From NCBI GenBank assembly GCA_019058275.1, contig JAHLVW010000053.1:1-64000 (forward strand): 64,000 bases of DNA, in the 5' to 3' direction. The translations under genes were made by a program, and so were the position numbers. Below the pieces are notes generated by a model, which saw only the letters and a program-made list of their open reading frames with translations, was not told the DNA's origin and made no database searches. Of the stretch, positions 59,392-64,000 are shown in pieces. This DNA comes from Candidatus Heimdallarchaeota archaeon (GTDB lineage Archaea; Asgardarchaeota; Heimdallarchaeia; JABLTI01). Within the stretch, counting starts at the first letter, position 1, and the number at the start of each line of letters is the position of its first letter.

Positions 59392-61812
59392 TCATGGAAA
59401 TTTCTGACCAGATTTTTCCAGTCTGGTTTTAACCAAGCTAATCAGGAAATCATATAGAAATTGAATTTCCTCTTCATCTAATTCTAAAAAGCTAAAAATA
59501 ATTCTATCAAATGATATTCTATCATGAGATTGGCATTCATCGAAAATGGATTTTATATCACGGTTGAGTAGTGGCTTAAAACTCTTCCAAATTTCCTCTT
59601 TAAGATTTTCATTCATAAGTTTTAGATCTATCACTAATAATTGCTCATATTCATACTTTGCATATTGCAATGCTCCCTTCCCTAATGAAATCCGTCCAAA
59701 TAATTCTAGCATTAAGTAGACTATTGTGCTGTTGAGCAATGCAATTATGAGCTCTTTATATGCGCGATAATCGTCATTTAAGATCACACCATAAAATGTT
59801 TGATCTACGACAATTAATTCATTTGCATAAGTGAAAAAGTATCTTCTATCAAAAAATCTATTGCAGAAAATATCTGCTGATTGAACCTTTCTAACAGAAT
59901 ACCAATATGGTTTATTGTTTTGAACAGAGGGAACTTTAAACCAAGGAATGCCAACAAATGATTGTTGTTTGGGACTCGTTTCTTGTTTTTCTCCCCAATG
60001 AATGTATCTTAAAGCATTAGATTTTTTATTCTTTTGTAATTCGTTTTTAGATTCTGAGCAGAGAAATAATTTCTTCTCCAATTTCTTAGGAGCAATAAAT
60101 ATTCTATTAATTTTCTTTGGGCTTTTTAGTACAGGTATCAAAAATTCCTCTTCAATCTTGAAATGATCTAATTTTTCTTTATCAAGATAAAAGAATTCAT
60201 TTATGCCAGTCTTTACAGAATATCGTACCTTTCCAAGTTTTGCTAATGGAACTAATTTATCTTCAATTTTTTTGATTATTTTAAGGATTTTAGGTGTGAC
60301 TTTGAAGAACTTTGCACTCCATTTATCTCGCAAAACACTTCTTTCTTGTTTATAATCAGTAATAAGCTGATTTTGTTTGATTGTTCTTACAATAACATGA
60401 TCATTTTCAAAATCAGACTTGGATATATGTATTTTCTGAAGACTATTATCAGACAATTGAAAAGTGAAAGGATGTTTTAGTGTAACGAATCGTACTACTG
60501 ATGTAGCAATTGCTTTGACATCTAATGGTTTAACAATTATAGTAACTGCTACATTAACACTTGCTGAGAATAGTTTTCTTGTTAGGTTTATGATGACCGT
60601 TTCTAACAGGAAGTGTTTTGTAAGAATCTCCTTAAAACCTTCACCAAATTTCACATCTAGCCATGAATTGGATGATATAAAACATAAAACTCCTCCCTTC
60701 TTCAACAGGCTAATTCCTTTATAGAAGAAATAAATGTAGAAATCACTTTTCAAGCTCTTTGGCAAAGATACTTTCTGATCAAAAGACTTCTCCAGATTTT
60801 TCATAATATCTGTTTTAAAATTAAATGTTGAATCAATTTGCCCATTTTGTTTTACAAATTGTTCTTGTCTAATAAATGGAGGATTTCCTATAATAATTTC
60901 AAATGTTTTAGGAAAATTAGCTATAGTTTCTAAGGAGTTTAATATTGCATTTCTACTATAGAGATTAAATTGATTGCACTCAGAGAAGTATTTACTTTCT
61001 TTTAATGTAAAATATGTTTTAATAAAATTTAATCTCAATTTACATATTGATAAAGCCTCAGAATTTATGTCCAAACCATAAAGATTTTCGGAAATTATCC
61101 TTTCTATCAGCTCTTCATCTTGAATTTGATTGACCAAAAGATGATTCAACATTGAATTTATATCTCTTAAAAGCAAAAACATCCCAATGATAAACGCACC
61201 AGAACCACAAGCAGGATCAAGAATATTAATCTCATTCAAACAATTTCTTATGGAATTCAATTCAGTAATTGTTATATCAAGTTTACTATTACCATCACCT
61301 CTAATGAAATCAATTATCTTTTCAGGTAAAATTGGTGTATTTTTAATTAAATAGTGAATTAATGCTTCTTTGCACATGAAATTCACTTCATCAGGAGATG
61401 TGAAAAAAATGCCACCCTTCTGTTTAGCAGAGCTTTTTAATGAGTTTTCAAATAATAAGGAAAAGATAAATGGAGAGATATTCTTTTGCAAGTTTTCTTC
61501 AAAGTAAGTAAAAGAATATTTTGATATCAGCTTTTCTAAAATATAATTATAGAAATTTTTTTTCAGATAGTGAAATGAATCTTTATTCTTGTTTTCAGAT
61601 TGTAGAAAGTCAATATCATTACTTGTATCAAATAAAGAGATAAACGATTTGTAAAGAATTTCTTTGACTAGAGCATACATATTTTCCTGATGTGTTGACA
61701 ATGAAATGTTCTGTGATTCAGGAATTTGATTAAAAACTTCATTAGAAATCACATTATAATCTCTTAAAAAATTTGTAAAAATGTTAATTTCATGGCTTAT
61801 GATTCCACTCAT
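59392..61812 (-). CDS. N6-adenine DNA methyltransferase, Eco57I/type IIG-like with C-terminal TRD
   Basis: 'G.FFTSP..V.FMC', ILDPACGSGAF, YGLDIN, IIGNPPF, SNSWLDV.FG, KTG.NEFFY. Confidence 0.88.
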   Translation of the reverse strand: MSGIISHEINIFTNFLRDYNVISNEVFNQIPESQNISLSTHQENMYALVKEILYKSFISLFDTSNDIDFLQSENKNKDSFHYLKKNFYNYILEKLISKYSFTYFEENLQKNISPFIFSLLFENSLKSSAKQKGGIFFTSPDEVNFMCKEALIHYLIKNTPILPEKIIDFIRGDGNSKLDITITELNSIRNCLNEINILDPACGSGAFIIGMFLLLRDINSMLNHLLVNQIQDEELIERIISENLYGLDINSEALSICKLRLNFIKTYFTLKESKYFSECNQFNLYSRNAILNSLETIANFPKTFEIIIGNPPFIRQEQFVKQNGQIDSTFNFKTDIMKNLEKSFDQKVSLPKSLKSDFYIYFFYKGISLLKKGGVLCFISSNSWLDVKFGEGFKEILTKHFLLETVIINLTRKLFSASVNVAVTIIVKPLDVKAIATSVVRFVTLKHPFTFQLSDNSLQKIHISKSDFENDHVIVRTIKQNQLITDYKQERSVLRDKWSAKFFKVTPKILKIIKKIEDKLVPLAKLGKVRYSVKTGINEFFYLDKEKLDHFKIEEEFLIPVLKSPKKINRIFIAPKKLEKKLFLCSESKNELQKNKKSNALRYIHWGEKQETSPKQQSFVGIPWFKVPSVQNNKPYWYSVRKVQSADIFCNRFFDRRYFFTYANELIVVDQTFYGVILNDDYRAYKELIIALLNSTIVYLMLELFGRISLGKGALQYAKYEYEQLLVIDLKLMNENLKEEIWKSFKPLLNRDIKSIFDECQSHDRISFDRIIFSFLELDEEEIQFLYDFLISLVKTRLEKSGQKFP

Positions 61813-61966
61813 CTCAATTACACAATGAAAGTAAAATTTCTTTATTTTTATTATTTCTGTAGATGATTTACTTTTATTTGAAAATCAACAATTTTGTAAA
61901 GCTTTTTTAATTTAATTGACTGAATAATAATTAGAATTTAATATTGAGGATTATATTCTAGGAGCA

Positions 61967-62743
61967 TTGCTGAGAAGGATGAAATGGAGAACTAGCTATA
62001 AAAAGTATAAAAGATATTCCGTTAACTATCTAATTTTCATCATAATAGGATTAGTGCACTTTACTAATGTCAATCCAATAAATACTAGTAATAAAGTCGT
62101 CTTAAATGCAATAATTAAAAATGAGAATCAGAGTACTATTTTAATTAAAAATGATGGTAATAGTACCGTAGATGCCGGAAATAATATTACGAATGCCATG
62201 TCTATAAACTTTGGAACCTATATTTGTACTATGCCTGATGGAGATTCTAATGATTTCTATAGGATAGATATTCCAATAGAAGCTCAAATAACAATTGAAA
62301 TAGCAGGTGAAAGTGATACAAATTTCGATCTATTTTTATACAATCCATTTCAAACAATAATAGCTAATAGCTTAAATGATTATTCAATTGAGTATTTATC
62401 TATGTATATAACTGATCCAGGAACATATTATATCCAAATTCTAAAAATAAGTGGTTCTGGCATTTATTATTTAGCTACTAGTTCAGATATACCAGAAACA
62501 TATACTGAACCTACTACTACTGAAAATCCAGATAATACACTAGTAAATTGGTTAGTTCCAACAACACTAGTTACTGTTCTATTAATTGGAATTTTAGTTG
62601 GTATTATACAGGTGAGTAAAAGAGCAAAGGAAAAGAAGAAGGTAAAAATAGTTTATACAAAATCAGAGAAGACTAAATTTAAAGAAGAGCTTCAAGAGAA
62701 TGACCTACAAGGATATTCATTTGGATATGAAAAAGAGAGTTAG
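61967..62743 (+). CDS. Single-pass surface protein with a PPC (pre-peptidase C-terminal)-like domain
   Basis: Signal-like N-terminus, DAG, D.Y.I, 'DLFLY', 'GTYYIQI', T-rich linker, TM, basic stop-transfer, tail GYSFG. Confidence 0.8.
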   Translation: MLRRMKWRTSYKKYKRYSVNYLIFIIIGLVHFTNVNPINTSNKVVLNAIIKNENQSTILIKNDGNSTVDAGNNITNAMSINFGTYICTMPDGDSNDFYRIDIPIEAQITIEIAGESDTNFDLFLYNPFQTIIANSLNDYSIEYLSMYITDPGTYYIQILKISGSGIYYLATSSDIPETYTEPTTTENPDNTLVNWLVPTTLVTVLLIGILVGIIQVSKRAKEKKKVKIVYTKSEKTKFKEELQENDLQGYSFGYEKES

Positions 62744-62754
62744 ATAGTGGTATT

Positions 62755-63537
62755 TTGTTAGAGTCTAGATTGATTCATACAAGAAAAGAACTATTCCTTT
62801 TTGTATTTTTGATACTTTTCTCTATAATTACTCTACATCATAATTTAAATTCTAATACTCAATTTAATGATGCAAAATATGAAAATAATGTTATGCCAAT
62901 TTATGTTAATCCAGAAGATGGAACAGGCGGAGATGCAGGGGACAGTTTTCAAGATGCTATGCTAGTAAATGAAGGGACGATTCTAGGATCATTTGAAAGC
63001 GGGGATGAAGATGACTATTATACATTTACAGCATTTAATGGTGATGCAGTAAAAATTAATCTAACTGCTGATTCATTGACTGATTTTGATTTGATGTTAT
63101 ATGAACCAAGTACAGATCAAAGAAGTTCAAGCATGAGACCAGATTCAATTGAATTTATTATATCTAATATAGACAAAACAGGTGACTGGTATGTTCGTGT
63201 AAGAAGATATTCAGGTTATGGAAATTATACATTAACATTGGATTTATTTGATACTTTTGCAACTCCCCAAACAACCACTTCAGAATTGTCAAACGGCTTA
63301 ACAAAATTTATTTGGATTATAGCAACCATAATTCCACTAATTTTTATAGGTGCGATAATAGTTTTCATGAGACGTAAAAAGCAAGAAGAAAGAGAAACCA
63401 CACCTATTTCATATACTCAAGATGAACCTGAAATTGATGATATAACAATACTTGAAGAACCAGAGATTAAATCAGATGATACAAAAGAAGATATTTATCG
63501 TGGATATTCTTTTGGATTAGATGAGGAAGAAATCTGA
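62755..63537 (+). CDS. Single-pass surface protein with a PPC-like domain (paralog)
   Basis: DAGD, DEDDYY.F, 'DFDLMLY', 'GDWYVRV', TM, tail GYSFG. Confidence 0.8.
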   Translation: MLESRLIHTRKELFLFVFLILFSIITLHHNLNSNTQFNDAKYENNVMPIYVNPEDGTGGDAGDSFQDAMLVNEGTILGSFESGDEDDYYTFTAFNGDAVKINLTADSLTDFDLMLYEPSTDQRSSSMRPDSIEFIISNIDKTGDWYVRVRRYSGYGNYTLTLDLFDTFATPQTTTSELSNGLTKFIWIIATIIPLIFIGAIIVFMRRKKQEERETTPISYTQDEPEIDDITILEEPEIKSDDTKEDIYRGYSFGLDEEEI

Positions 63538-63595
63538 AGGCAAAAAACTGATAAAAACTCGTTCGTTTATTTACTCATAAGGAGGATTAAGTAAG

Positions 63596-63913
63596 TTGTT
63601 TGTTGTATGTGTAACTGTTAATGTGAAAGAAGAATATCTAGATGAATTTATCAAAGCTACTTTAGAGAATGCTAAAAATACTCGCGAAGAACCTTTGAAT
63701 TTTCGATTTGATGTTCTTCAATGTCTAGATGATCTAAATAGATTCTTTCTTTATGAGGTTTATAAGAATGAAGAAGGGATGTTTGCTCACAAAGAAACTG
63801 ACCATTACAAAAAATGGCGAGAGATTGTTGCACAAATGATGGTAAAACCTCGAGAGGGAATTAAACACAAGAATATTTTCCCAACAACAGAAGAAGCATT
63901 TATTGCCAAATAA
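63596..63913 (+). CDS. Antibiotic-biosynthesis-monooxygenase family (LsrG-like) protein
   Basis: RBS AGGAGG; 'NA..TREEP.N.RFDVLQ', 'F.LYEVY', 'HKET.HYKKWR'. Confidence 0.88.
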   Translation: MFVVCVTVNVKEEYLDEFIKATLENAKNTREEPLNFRFDVLQCLDDLNRFFLYEVYKNEEGMFAHKETDHYKKWREIVAQMMVKPREGIKHKNIFPTTEEAFIAK

Positions 63914-64000
63914 ACAAAAATCGGTTGTGATGTAGGCTGTCTGAAGATATTTCTTTTGAATTTTTAAATTTGCCATATATTCATTTTGGTAAAGGTACTA

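Noticed and set aside
834-63976. Short antisense or overlapping ORFs from the track (e.g. 834-1022, 6015-6452, 7158-7553, 33751-34146, 47773-47979, 55859-56197, 60464-60724, 63734-63976)
   Set aside because: They are shadows of well-supported genes on the other strand or frame and have no motifs
63902-64000. Possible 3' end of a minus-strand gene with another in-frame TGA (VPLPK*IYGKF)
   Set aside because: Too little sequence at the window edge to establish the frame
1-64000. CRISPR arrays, IS elements, integrases, rRNA or tRNA genes
   Set aside because: No regularly spaced repeats, transposase motifs or GC-rich structural RNA blocks were seen

Overview
AT-rich (roughly 30% GC by eye) archaeal chromosomal segment. 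An Asgard/Heimdallarchaeia-like host is inferred from archaeal-type ProRS, the ksgA-hemK2 pair, DUF61, TATA-type promoters, REC-GAF-PAS kinases and C-terminally anchored surface proteins; taxonomy is not proven. No rRNA, tRNA, CRISPR or transposase was seen. Content: peptide and NitT/TauT ABC transporters, guaA, carbamate kinase, acyl-CoA ligase, Sir2, a surface-glycan cluster, a solitary N6-adenine methyltransferase and many hydrolases. Highlights: (1) a duplicated, split DUF2229 / dehydratase-like / activase module with the domain inventory of bacterial PlsA-PlsR/Ger ester-to-ether lipid reductases; (2) a divergent ProRS gene with an in-frame TAG behind a ~160-nt highly structured leader; (3) about ten genes broken by in-frame stops or frameshifts plus missense hits in conserved motifs, mostly GC-to-AT changes, pointing to erosion or sequence error rather than recoding; (4) two tandem PPC-domain membrane proteins sharing a cytoplasmic GYSFG tail motif; (5) a PIG-N/O/G-like alkaline-phosphatase-fold membrane protein; (6) an orphan ABC ATPase fused to an AbrB-like domain and a zinc ribbon. 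All family calls come from motif recognition by eye, not from database searches.
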